Made by a program: the position numbers and the translations under genes
Origin: Thermoplasmatota archaeon
GTDB taxonomy: Archaea > Thermoplasmatota > Penumbrarchaeia > Penumbrarchaeales > Penumbrarchaeaceae
Direction of reading: 5' to 3'
Length of the DNA stretch: 48,127 bases
NCBI GenBank assembly: GCA_049472175.1
Contig: JBLIRF010000001.1
Location: 1-48,127, forward strand
The notes under the pieces: generated by a model
What the model saw: only the letters and a program-made list of their open reading frames with translations
What the model was told of the DNA's origin: nothing
Database searches by the model: none
Shown here: positions 9,801-18,183 of the stretch, in pieces
Numbering within the stretch: the stretch's first letter is position 1
How the letters are laid out: every line of letters begins with the position of its first letter

Positions 9801-12800
9801 AGTTGAGGACCTCGGCCGATCTTTCCACGATCACTTCTCTTGTGAACGGGTAGAAACCGTCTATTATCACCTTCATCAGGTATTCGCCCGGTGGAAGAAA
9901 TGCCTCGAACTCTCCGTCCATAAATGTGGTGCAGGAAATGGAGCCGTTCGAGTATTCGAACTGGATCTCGATGTTTTCCAGACCGAACTCGATGGGGAGA
10001 GGAACAGGGTCGTCGATGGTGGATTCCAGGTCCTCCGATGTCGTAAAGATATTGTTCCCGTCCTTGTCCCAGTATACTCTCCCGGTGACGGATGCTGTCT
10101 GGGATGCAAACAGGTTCATTTCAATATTGTCGAGACCTCCCGTACTGGGAAGGTCCTGCATATGGAAGTATGTAACATTACCAGGATAGGAAGTGTTCTC
10201 CACCTTGACCCGATAATCCGCCCTTGGCAGAAATGCCTCATAATTTCCACGATCGTTGGTAGAGATCCATACAATGGCTCCATCATCCTCCCTGATGAAC
10301 GAGAACATCGTATTGTTGATCGGAATACCGGCCTGCTTGGTGATGGTCCCATTCACCCTGAACGCCCTTCCTAGGATCAGTGTCCGGGAAACCCTATCCT
10401 TCCATCCGATCTCGACCGAGGACACAGCCGCCCAGTAGCTGTCACGGTCCAGGGAATATACATGGACAGCATAGGTCCCCTCAGGGACCTCCATGTACAG
10501 GTACCCCTCCTCATCCAGGAACGCAGACCATCTCCGGGTAATATTGTTGGTATCGGTCAGATGCACGATGCCGCCGGTAACTGGAGCTAAGGCGTTTTCA
10601 ATGTTTTCCGTGAAACTGTATTCCGCCGGATACTTGACCTTCAATTCCAGGTCGCCTCTTGGCAGCAGAGTGATATTGAAGCTGAGGTTGTCTCCCTGGT
10701 CGATCTCGAACTTCACTGGATCGTGCACGAAAGCGGTGTTGATGACATTCAAAGTGTATATTCCCGGGAAGAGTCTGTCAACCGAGAAATTGCCTGCCAG
10801 GTCGGTCCTGGCCTCGACCGACCCCCCTTCAGAGTCAGTTATGAGGACTTTCTGGTCCTGGGCGGGGAACCCGCTTACGACCTTCACCCTGCCACCGACA
10901 ATTGTATTGTCCATTCGAATGTCCTTGGTGGATTCTCCCTGCAGGTCAACCTTGTAATCGGAAATCAGCGTCTGTTCCTTGCCTCCGAAGGTGTAGATGA
11001 TGTCATATCTTCCGGGAACGAGGTCTTCGAACCTGTAGCTTCCATCGACCTCGAGCCCATACGGGCCGTAGACCTTCCCGTTCGAACCTTTCAGTTCGAA
11101 GGTGATCTCACCCTTCTCAACGAGTTCATCCTCCCCCTCGGTGAAGGCAGAGTCGCCATCCAGGTCCCAGTATATCTTACCGGAAAGTGTCTTCCCGGAT
11201 ATGACCAGGTCCCTGGTCATCTTTCCGTTATCCACCCTCCGCATCGCCAGATCGTCCGATATTTCCAGGATGGTGCTGTTGAGCAGTGATGTGGGCTGTC
11301 CGGTCGACTGGTCCATCTGGAACTGGTAAAGCATATCGTACTGGTTCTCAAGGTCTCCCTCGGTTACGACAAGGTCAGCTTCTCCAGGGGGTACTATCAA
11401 ACTGTACTCGCCGTTCGGTCCGGTGAAAACGTTCCCGTGCGGTATGCCGAAATCATCAAGGACCGTCACCCTCACCCCCGGCACGCCGACCCCTCTTTCC
11501 GTTCTTACCCGGCCTTCGACAATGGCCCCGTCATAATACATCAGATAGAATACACCCTGACCCAGGCCGGATTTGATATCGCCGCCCTCACTGCGGTACT
11601 TGGTCATGGCGACCTTGGATTCCATGGGTTTGTAATCGTCCGGGAAGGTCGAGTTGCCCTCATCCTTTTCCGAATAGTAATATGTTCTGTAGACGAGCTT
11701 CCAGTGGGTCATGTTCCATCCCTGCATCGGGGGAAGGTTCTGAAGGGTGCCCGACACACCCGGGACCGACTTGCCGTCCTGGGCTTCATTCACATCACTG
11801 GGGGAGAAACCGATGTAGGTTTTGTAGAAGAGAGAGTTATAGAAAAGATCAGTGTAGAACATCTCGTAATTCTTGATCCTGAACTTGTAACCGAGCCTCT
11901 CGGATTCCTCCTTTGCTTTTTCCATTGTGATCGGATTGTCGGGATAATCGGTCCACTGGGGGTCCTCGTTGGATCCCCTTGTATTTTCCTGGGCATACAC
12001 TTTGTACTCGAGGAAGTCCTCGGTGTTCCTGTCGGCAAGCGTTATCGGGGCGTAGAAGATACCCGTGTTGCTGCTCGAGAACGGGAACAGACGGTAGTCC
12101 ACTGCGAAGTATCTGAGAGACCTGCCGGTCGTTTCGCGGACATCATGATACAGGTCCACGATGCCTTCCTCGCCCAGGTGCATCATGGCCCCGCGGGCAG
12201 CTGCATATCTTGCATTCGGCCAGGTGAGCCCTTCGAACTTCCCGTACTTGTCGGGATTGTTCTCGACCACCTTGATGTAGTCTTCCGGCCTTCTGTATAT
12301 CCTCTGGATCTCGTAGGCGCTCCTGGTCGAGTTCTTATCGCCACCCAGATGCTTGATAAGAGCATCCCAGACGTCATCGGAGAATTTCTGGTTGTTCTTG
12401 ATCCAATCCCCCTCGAGAAGCCGAGCAGTCATCAGGGCTACAGCCTCGGATTCGTTCTGGGAAGCGATCATCGAGCCGGTGAACTGGTAACCGTTCTGGA
12501 AGTTATCCGCTGCTGTGGGGTGTTTTCCCAGAAGGAGTTCATCAAAACCATAGTCCCACCAGCTCATGAAGGCGGGTCTGTCCTCCGGAGGAACTGTTTT
12601 GTTATTCACGAGGATGTCCTGCCGTGCCAGCCATTCATATGAATCCATCCAGTATTCGCTGTGGAGTGAAGAACCGAAGGACCCAAGATATTCGAGGTTG
12701 GGATCGAAATCGCTCTTGGTCTCGGTTGGTACAGCCGCATCGAAGGCAAAGAAGAGGCTTGGGAATATCACTAGGAAACCGACGCCCAGTGCGGTCAGGA

Positions 12801-14553
12801 TCTTCCTGAACTTGAAGGTCTCACGTTTCTTCTTATACTTCATGTATGCGAAATACCCTATGGACACAATGAAAATAGGTAACAGCATGAAGGTCATAAG
12901 GTTCCTTGAGAGATAGGTGTCCCATCCTTCCGATAGTACGAGTATCAGAATAATGAAGACCAGTGCGGCGACGATGGAATATACTATCGAAAGACCCTCG
13001 GCCTTGAAGTAGTCCACGATCTTCACCAAAACCCATCCCGCCAGAAGGGCGAAGGCAGGTGTGGCGTTGAAATTGAACCTGACAGCTGAGAGGGACATGT
13101 ATATGGCAACGGCGGTCCAGACAACCACAACAATGTAGTCCTTCCTCATCCTCTTGGGTATCTTGATGGCGGCCATTACCACTCCGATCAGACCCAGGAA
13201 GAAGGTTGCTGGGCCGTAAGTGAACACCACCCGTGAGATATCGGGTGCCTGAGCCTCCGCAATGGTCGAATAGAGTTTGGACTTTGCGAAGTATCCCCCG
13301 CCGGTGAACAGAAGATCTGCTGTCTCGGGAAATCCCCACTGAAGAATGAAGTAGGAAACGAAAAGCAGCAGAAGGAGTGTGGGAATGACCAGTAACCAGG
13401 GTATGTCCCTTGTCGGTACGATGAATATCCCTAGTACCGTCATGGCCAGAAGTATGTAGAATCCCTGGCTCCAGATCGTTATGGAGAATGTGAAATAGTA
13501 GGGCAGGGACACCAGTACGACGGTAATCATTGCGATGAACACGACCATGAACGTGCCCAGAGCGTCCTCGTTCCTGAAACGATGTATCAATAGCTGGACC
13601 ATGTAGTATATCAGCAATATTGCAAGAACGTATGCAAAACCCTGCCATGTCAATGCTATGGCCGCTATCGACAGACCTGTAAGGAATGCATACAGCAATG
13701 CTTCCCTGTTATGGATCGCGAAGGCTTTAAAACCCAGAAGTACCGCATCGGGTCTTCTCCAATCGGCAATGAAATTCTCATCCTTTTGGACAGAGAAAGC
13801 CCTGGTCATGAAATATATAGAGACAACTAGGAAAAAGACGATCAGAGAATCGTGGTCGGTGAATCCCAGGGTGGACCTTTCTATATGCGACGCTGTTATT
13901 GCCAGGAGGAAGGCGGCAACGATCCCAGCCTTTCTGCCGAATATCTCCTTTCCAAGCATGTACATCGGGAAGATCGTCAGAGCCCCCCAGAATGTGGGTG
14001 CGAATTCGAAGACCCACCAGGTTGCATTATCGACATTGAAGCCGAAGAGGGGAGAAAGGGCGAAACCTGCCAGTGCTATCGTCCAGTCGAATATCGGAGG
14101 CCTTGGGTTGCCTCCGGAAATGGGATAGTTCAGAAGCGGGTCGATCTTTATGTGATGATAGTCGCTCTGGATGAAGTCAATGACCCTCTTGTGATATGAA
14201 GGGTCATTTCCCACGATATTTGGGGGCCAGGTGTTGAACGAGATCTGATAATAGAAGTATTCCCTGATAAGAAATGCGAAAACGAATATGCCAAGCAGTA
14301 AGAAGATGGTATTCCTGTTGTTCTCGTACCATTCCCTGAGAGGGCTTTTTTCGGGCTTCTCCTGGAACCTTGTGGACTTCTTCGGAGCTCCTTCCTGAGC
14401 CTTGCCCTGGGACCCCTTTTCCACCTTCTTCTCCGGCACCGCGGCCTCCTCTTTGACGTTCTCCGATACGGCCTTCTTCTTTTCGGGCTTGGGAGAGACC
14501 CTTGATTCCTTCTTCTTTCCCTTCGCCTTTGAGGACCTTGCCCTGCGAGCCAT
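6895..14553 (-). CDS. aglB: Archaeal oligosaccharyltransferase AglB (STT3 family) fused to a very long multi-domain extracellular extension with a C-terminal TM anchor (2552 aa)
   Basis: The ORF is uninterrupted. It starts with a K/E-rich N-terminal tail of about 80 aa, followed by a polytopic TM region. The first loop carries GNDPSYHKR, the EL5-type motif is STIAEAQ (TIxE), and WWDYG is encoded at 12547-12561 (residues 665-669). From about residue 1010 there are many G-x-V/I...D..G.Y.L..PG.Y modules. CARDB-like modules lie near the end. The terminal TM segment is IVIFAIMVIVVALGIIAY. Confidence 0.85.
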   Translation of the reverse strand: MARRARSSKAKGKKKESRVSPKPEKKKAVSENVKEEAAVPEKKVEKGSQGKAQEGAPKKSTRFQEKPEKSPLREWYENNRNTIFLLLGIFVFAFLIREYFYYQISFNTWPPNIVGNDPSYHKRVIDFIQSDYHHIKIDPLLNYPISGGNPRPPIFDWTIALAGFALSPLFGFNVDNATWWVFEFAPTFWGALTIFPMYMLGKEIFGRKAGIVAAFLLAITASHIERSTLGFTDHDSLIVFFLVVSIYFMTRAFSVQKDENFIADWRRPDAVLLGFKAFAIHNREALLYAFLTGLSIAAIALTWQGFAYVLAILLIYYMVQLLIHRFRNEDALGTFMVVFIAMITVVLVSLPYYFTFSITIWSQGFYILLAMTVLGIFIVPTRDIPWLLVIPTLLLLLFVSYFILQWGFPETADLLFTGGGYFAKSKLYSTIAEAQAPDISRVVFTYGPATFFLGLIGVVMAAIKIPKRMRKDYIVVVVWTAVAIYMSLSAVRFNFNATPAFALLAGWVLVKIVDYFKAEGLSIVYSIVAALVFIILILVLSEGWDTYLSRNLMTFMLLPIFIVSIGYFAYMKYKKKRETFKFRKILTALGVGFLVIFPSLFFAFDAAVPTETKSDFDPNLEYLGSFGSSLHSEYWMDSYEWLARQDILVNNKTVPPEDRPAFMSWWDYGFDELLLGKHPTAADNFQNGYQFTGSMIASQNESEAVALMTARLLEGDWIKNNQKFSDDVWDALIKHLGGDKNSTRSAYEIQRIYRRPEDYIKVVENNPDKYGKFEGLTWPNARYAAARGAMMHLGEEGIVDLYHDVRETTGRSLRYFAVDYRLFPFSSSNTGIFYAPITLADRNTEDFLEYKVYAQENTRGSNEDPQWTDYPDNPITMEKAKEESERLGYKFRIKNYEMFYTDLFYNSLFYKTYIGFSPSDVNEAQDGKSVPGVSGTLQNLPPMQGWNMTHWKLVYRTYYYSEKDEGNSTFPDDYKPMESKVAMTKYRSEGGDIKSGLGQGVFYLMYYDGAIVEGRVRTERGVGVPGVRVTVLDDFGIPHGNVFTGPNGEYSLIVPPGEADLVVTEGDLENQYDMLYQFQMDQSTGQPTSLLNSTILEISDDLAMRRVDNGKMTRDLVISGKTLSGKIYWDLDGDSAFTEGEDELVEKGEITFELKGSNGKVYGPYGLEVDGSYRFEDLVPGRYDIIYTFGGKEQTLISDYKVDLQGESTKDIRMDNTIVGGRVKVVSGFPAQDQKVLITDSEGGSVEARTDLAGNFSVDRLFPGIYTLNVINTAFVHDPVKFEIDQGDNLSFNITLLPRGDLELKVKYPAEYSFTENIENALAPVTGGIVHLTDTNNITRRWSAFLDEEGYLYMEVPEGTYAVHVYSLDRDSYWAAVSSVEIGWKDRVSRTLILGRAFRVNGTITKQAGIPINNTMFSFIREDDGAIVWISTNDRGNYEAFLPRADYRVKVENTSYPGNVTYFHMQDLPSTGGLDNIEMNLFASQTASVTGRVYWDKDGNNIFTTSEDLESTIDDPVPLPIEFGLENIEIQFEYSNGSISCTTFMDGEFEAFLPPGEYLMKVIIDGFYPFTREVIVERSAEVLNFGLNGTDAPLEARERQIQINATVPFYGRYGIDNESVSNREFLINPAETYMVGGPIRARTDNDGILTASLAPGEYFLEITEEFDEDGVHHTLYTSEYLGVEPSTGIFYLDCQVEHIIAYEGTMFLVENSIVKYPAEISVNFNSIQGIKVTIGSGETDFNGKFQVELPAGDYILEAHQERPGTHYMYWDVISLDYGSEPGTFEMVQAFPVEGSLSPDFDGMGDSEVFFVKDGLWVGAEVQEDGDFSTILLTGVYTAEYNFLTLDPSFDEDIQVEYYHTSTVEISGAVVGLLLEISKNVEVTGAVYYDVNDDRTIQLEERKEGVNVTFTPMDGGDPVWTYSDSNGDYSLMVPYTRLSISVDMEGFKSSPREDVAIVDLPEDGLSLWDIPLVPEDVVVKGVIYVDHDLDGIYDAEESPASGLYLVFEDLNDDEIRITTEGDGSFEIHLAPGIYTVSGMRYSDGRPMFGYLAELNIDMGDDLTDVEWSAVPAARVSGTVVYRNTDGELIYEPPEGDELVFSKVDGGGEITIQYRKGTYVVDMPYYEYFASSRFIIEEYGMDMSYSISERFTLNSSTTAQDLAFEFEKIKEYTFDIDLVNDLQHEIQMAAKETVRLEYYIENVGNEPFSVSVVTSEIPDSWKVEFPEGTDIPLEIGERVTRWVNITSPSEPDFSNSLIFQGESDQNTKNTFQVQISTPSSYRFDLLFDIPEVMGVDYDEMRVFNITVDNLGTGEDVVNIQMDPRPEEIEGWKVEWEGSSEFPAAGENATLLPKGVRKYAITVWTPEGSESSLYNERLTLTFTGKNRWGDVVKKEVTMEVNKPNLVLPPGFLKITNRRLNDAVLNRTVEANITVQSLHRDAHSVNVSLMVDGEVVAEGVVPYIPQGGTGSAKVRFNVTDYNITENEFHTLEVLVDPYNNIKETDDFDNAGIWYNVVIGKTPESTLEVNWRIVIFAIMVIVVALGIIAYRQKSQPI
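6990..11520 (-). repeat. Protein-level tandem array inside aglB: at least 8 CarboxypepD_reg / Cna-B (SdrD-B)-like beta-sandwich modules, then about 3 CARDB-like modules
   Basis: Examples of the beta-sandwich modules are GRVRTERGVGVPGVRVTVLDDFGIPHGNVFTGPNGEYSLIVPPGEADL, GKIYWDLDGDSAFTEGEDELVEKGEITFEL..DGSYRFEDLVPGRYDI, GRVKVVSGFPAQDQKVLITDSEGGSVEARTDLAGNFSVDRLFPGIYTL, GAVYYDVNDD..SDSNGDYSLMVPY and GVIYVDHDLDGIYDAEE..GDGSFEIHLAPGIYTV. A CARDB-like example is ANITVQSLHRDAHSVNVSLMVDGEVV...VLVDPYNNIKETDDFDN. Confidence 0.6.
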
Positions 14554-14650
14554 CTGTGTTCACCTGTCAGCTGCCTTCGCTGATACCCACTCAGAGAAAG
14601 TCTGGATTGATGGAAGGTCAGCGCTATTGGGGAGCCCAAATATCCTTCTC

Positions 14651-15190
14651 TTACTTATTCGTTTTTATTGTACTATGTTTACCATCATGGCCTGGAAGGG
14701 TCTTATCGGTCTTTTTACCGGTCCGGCCTAGCAGTACCGGGCCTGTCAGGAAGATGGAGAGGGCCATCGTTATGAAAACCTGGAGAAGCCCATCAGATGA
14801 GAGGTAAACACCGATCCTCTGGACCCTGACTAGTATCATCAAGATCGAGAAGAAACCGACAACCATCCCTGCGGTCACAAGGACTGGAACGATGGATATC
14901 CTGAGCAAACGGAACGGTTTCGGAGAGATAGAGATCTCCAGGAGGACGATGATCGGCAATAGCAGGCTGATGGTCAGAAGCAACAGTCGTGGCAGGTCCG
15001 AGAAGGAGGGTGTTCCGATATGTCCGATACTGACCATCGAGAACAGCACAAGACCTGCAAGGGACAGTGAGCGTTTTTCCCACAGGAAACCCGCAAGGAC
15101 CAATACCAGGGGGGCCGCCCAGAGCGGATTGGGATCTATCAGAACGACGGAGATCAATCCTAGATACAGGACCACAAGATACCTGATCAT
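14651..15190 (-). CDS. Polytopic membrane protein of unknown function, last gene of the DUF1616-DUF58 operon
   Basis: The 179-aa product has about 5 hydrophobic segments. Its ATG overlaps the upstream stop as ATGA at 15187-15190. No family was recognised. Confidence 0.5.
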   Translation of the reverse strand: MIRYLVVLYLGLISVVLIDPNPLWAAPLVLVLAGFLWEKRSLSLAGLVLFSMVSIGHIGTPSFSDLPRLLLLTISLLLPIIVLLEISISPKPFRLLRISIVPVLVTAGMVVGFFSILMILVRVQRIGVYLSSDGLLQVFITMALSIFLTGPVLLGRTGKKTDKTLPGHDGKHSTIKTNK

Positions 15191-16608
15191 CTACTCATCC
15201 TCCTCAGACCCGAGAGTACAGCATCACCCCTCTCACGAGGGCCGACCTCGATCACCTTCGCCCCTGCTGCCATCAACCCCCTCAGCAGTCCCTGCTTTGC
15301 CTGATGGTCCATGTAAGCCTTCTCGAGAACGTATGGTGTAATATCCTTCTTGTCCAGATGGTATGTCCAGGAGAAAGGTGATATCACAATTACCCTGTGT
15401 CCCCGTGAGACCGCGATCTTCACTGACCTGAGCAAGGATGAGGTATTCGTCTCCATATCCGATATGATAACTATGAGCAGGCCAGTCCCTTCGTAAGCCC
15501 TGATCTCCCTGAAAGCTTCGAATATCCCGGTCAAACTGTCCCTGGTCGGGGCTGCCCTGCCCCTCCTATCAAGGAACGGGGAGACATTCTCTAAGAACGG
15601 GGGAACATCGACATCGCTGGGTCGTTCGGTATACGGAGGGATACCCGGATACATGTCAGTCATTATCGGATTGGGGAGTCTGAACAGGGACATCAGGACC
15701 TGCTCCACATCCGAGGTTCCCGGGATGATATGGTCTCGGACCGTGGTCTCGTCGAAGGTTATCATACCCAATGGATGGTTCTGACGGTCCATCACTATAG
15801 CTATCTGGATCGCCAGCGCGACGGCATGATCGAGTTTCGATCTCCTCCTCACGATCTCCCTCATTGACAGAGAGGAATCCACAAGAAGAAGTGTGGGCAG
15901 GTTCGTCTCCGTTTCGTACTCCTTGGTCATCAATCTTGTCAACCGTGATGTCACCTTCCAGTCTATGTCCCTGAACCGGTCCCCCGGCAAATAATCCCTG
16001 ACTGACCTGAGGTCAGTTCTGAAGGTCCTCGTGTGCCTCCTATTGGCAGGTCCGGTTATTTCGAACTGCTTCCTTTTGGACATTATATGGGCCATAGAGA
16101 TGTCCCTTTTGGATGCCCTGACAAAGATCTCCGTCCCTGGGTCCACCAGGATCTCTGACTCGAAGAGGTCCCTCCCCTCGGTGACCTTGACCTTTAACGG
16201 TGGAAACCTAAAAGCACCCCTTTCCATCGGAACAAGGGAAAAGAATGTTTCCAGATATCTGCCCGGTTCGAGCTTCCCCTTGAAGGATGTGCTCCCCGAC
16301 CTCAGATCGAAATTATCCGGTATCAGTTCCGACCCCTGAACGTTGATCGTCTCGCTGGCGGAAAGGGTCAATTTGACACTGAACGGACTGTCCTTGTGTA
16401 TGATATCCTCAAGTACGAGCCTCTCGGAGAGTATATCAACATTCTTGACCAGACCGTGGAACTCCATCCTTCTATATGCCATGTACAGTAGGATCCCGGA
16501 ACCCACCATTGCGACCATGAGGTTTCCGATGAGATATGCCCATACGAAAAGGCAAACGACCATCACAGCAAGCACCCTGCCAAGGGCAGTGAAATTGCTG
16601 CTCATCAC
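15187..16608 (-). CDS. DUF58-family protein with two N-terminal TM helices and a vWA-like domain carrying a MIDAS motif
   Basis: The N-terminus has two hydrophobic helices. It carries the DUF58 signature region DYLPGDRFRDIDWKVTSRLTRLMTKEYE. LLVDSSLSM is a DxSxS MIDAS-type motif. The start is GTG at 16608 or ATG at 16605, and either overlaps the upstream stop. Confidence 0.7.
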   Translation of the reverse strand: MMSSNFTALGRVLAVMVVCLFVWAYLIGNLMVAMVGSGILLYMAYRRMEFHGLVKNVDILSERLVLEDIIHKDSPFSVKLTLSASETINVQGSELIPDNFDLRSGSTSFKGKLEPGRYLETFFSLVPMERGAFRFPPLKVKVTEGRDLFESEILVDPGTEIFVRASKRDISMAHIMSKRKQFEITGPANRRHTRTFRTDLRSVRDYLPGDRFRDIDWKVTSRLTRLMTKEYETETNLPTLLLVDSSLSMREIVRRRSKLDHAVALAIQIAIVMDRQNHPLGMITFDETTVRDHIIPGTSDVEQVLMSLFRLPNPIMTDMYPGIPPYTERPSDVDVPPFLENVSPFLDRRGRAAPTRDSLTGIFEAFREIRAYEGTGLLIVIISDMETNTSSLLRSVKIAVSRGHRVIVISPFSWTYHLDKKDITPYVLEKAYMDHQAKQGLLRGLMAAGAKVIEVGPRERGDAVLSGLRRMSR

Positions 16609-18098
16609 GGACCCTCCACCGAGACCCTGTGGATCACCCGGGATGTACCCTTTGGTGTCTTTAGCTGGACTTCAAGGTCCCACTCTCCCGCGGGAAGGTG
16701 GAGAGACACATCCACCGGGCCCCAGGACGAGGTGGAGTTGAACAAGGTCTCTAAAAAAAGGCCATCCGAGGGTTCCAGATCACCGGCCAATGGATAACCC
16801 TGTAAAGGTATCCAATGGCCATTATCTCCGATGCTGAAGGTGATATTGGCGATTGTGTCCTCTTCGTTCATATTACGTCCTCCGACCGAGAGAACAAGGT
16901 CGGAGCTGGGATCCATCGAGGAGGGGAGCAGAGAAGGGTCGCCTCCGGCCCCTGCCAAGAAGAACTCGATCTTTCGATTTGCGATATTCTTCAGATACCC
17001 TTCCTGGAATACCCTTATCCAGATATGGAGGTCTCGGTACTCCCTTCCATCCTTGAACAGGAGGAACCTGAGTTTGTAGGACCCCGTTTCCAGAACAGAG
17101 AAGTTGCACTGCAGTTCGATGGTCTTCTCATCCGGGACGTTGACCTCCATCGCCGGCTGCCGGTTTCTCGATATTGTAACGTTGTCGAAGGAGCCAACGG
17201 TATCGTTCCTTGCACCGGGGTCCAGTGTCATGACGAGAGTATACTCCATGTTCTCATTCTCATGGTTCCCCACGCCAATGTATAGTAAATTGCTCTCCCC
17301 GAGAAGCAAGTTCCCGGGATAACCTTCCGCTTTATGATTGGGACCCAGTATGTAGAACTCGGTGAAGGATTCACCCTCCCTGGGGACCACGATTATGTAT
17401 ACCAGCAATCCAACGGAAAGCACCATCATCACCGCGATCCCGACCGTCAATACCCTATCCATCAGTGTTTGGTCCTTGGGAAATCTCAGATCGATGACGA
17501 TGCTGAACCTATCCTCTACCGGAATGCGCATCCTTTTATAAACTGCAATTCCTCCGACAATGAGGATGAATGCGAACTGGGACACAAGTATCGGTATCAA
17601 CCTTATTCCGAGTGTATCGGGCGCCCAGTCGTAAGTATAATTGAGCACCAGTCCGATCAGAGGTGTAATGGCGATGGAAAGACCAAGTGAAAGGGCGACC
17701 CTCTCCAGACCGTCCAGACCCTTGCCTTTGGGCCAATCCGGTCCATCATCTCCGGTATCCATTCCTTTTTCTTTCTCAACAGGGGATCCCCTTCGGTCCT
17801 TCCTCCGGGTCCGGGAACCTGCCTTGCTCTCCGCCCCCTCCCTTACATCTTCGTGACCTCTCTCATCCTCGCCGGAAGGAGGCGGCACTTCCTTGCCGTC
17901 CCTGTCGAAGTACTTCTTTCTCTCGGGATACAGGCTACAAATCAGCACATATCCAGGAAAGAATAGTATGAACGGAAGCCCAAGGATTATACGGATAACA
18001 TCCAATTTGGGGATTATAAGTATGACCAGAACGAGGATGAACGAGGCTCCAATGACAGCGTAGAGATCATAAGGCCTTTCCCTGACTTCCAGTTTCAT
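16605..18098 (-). CDS. DUF1616-like archaeal membrane protein with a beta-rich extracellular C-terminal domain
   Basis: The N-terminal region YDLYAVIGASFILVLVILIIPKLDVIRIILGLPFILFFPGYVLICSLYP matches the pattern I recall for DUF1616. A charged insert of about 70 aa follows, then three more TM helices and a C-terminal beta-rich domain of about 270 aa. Confidence 0.55.
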   Translation of the reverse strand: MKLEVRERPYDLYAVIGASFILVLVILIIPKLDVIRIILGLPFILFFPGYVLICSLYPERKKYFDRDGKEVPPPSGEDERGHEDVREGAESKAGSRTRRKDRRGSPVEKEKGMDTGDDGPDWPKGKGLDGLERVALSLGLSIAITPLIGLVLNYTYDWAPDTLGIRLIPILVSQFAFILIVGGIAVYKRMRIPVEDRFSIVIDLRFPKDQTLMDRVLTVGIAVMMVLSVGLLVYIIVVPREGESFTEFYILGPNHKAEGYPGNLLLGESNLLYIGVGNHENENMEYTLVMTLDPGARNDTVGSFDNVTISRNRQPAMEVNVPDEKTIELQCNFSVLETGSYKLRFLLFKDGREYRDLHIWIRVFQEGYLKNIANRKIEFFLAGAGGDPSLLPSSMDPSSDLVLSVGGRNMNEEDTIANITFSIGDNGHWIPLQGYPLAGDLEPSDGLFLETLFNSTSSWGPVDVSLHLPAGEWDLEVQLKTPKGTSRVIHRVSVEGP

Positions 18099-18183
18099 TG
18101 CGGGATATGAGAGATTATTAGGTTATATCGTTTATGTTCCCGCAGGAAACCTGTGATGGCCACTCATGAACAAGGACCTCCGA

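Noticed and set aside
6865-12642. Long plus-strand ORFs inside aglB: 6865-7725 (286 aa), 9535-10374 (279 aa) and 11437-12642 (401 aa)
   Set aside because: They lie antisense to a gene with clear STT3 motifs and repeat domains. Their translations are low-complexity (Arg/Gly/Pro/His-rich) with no motifs. They are typical shadow ORFs of a long gene.
12833-13648. A 271-aa ORF on the minus strand, in a different frame, within the aglB membrane domain
   Set aside because: It has an Arg/His/Gly-rich composition. It overlaps the well-supported TM-helix frame of AglB. It has no independent start signals.
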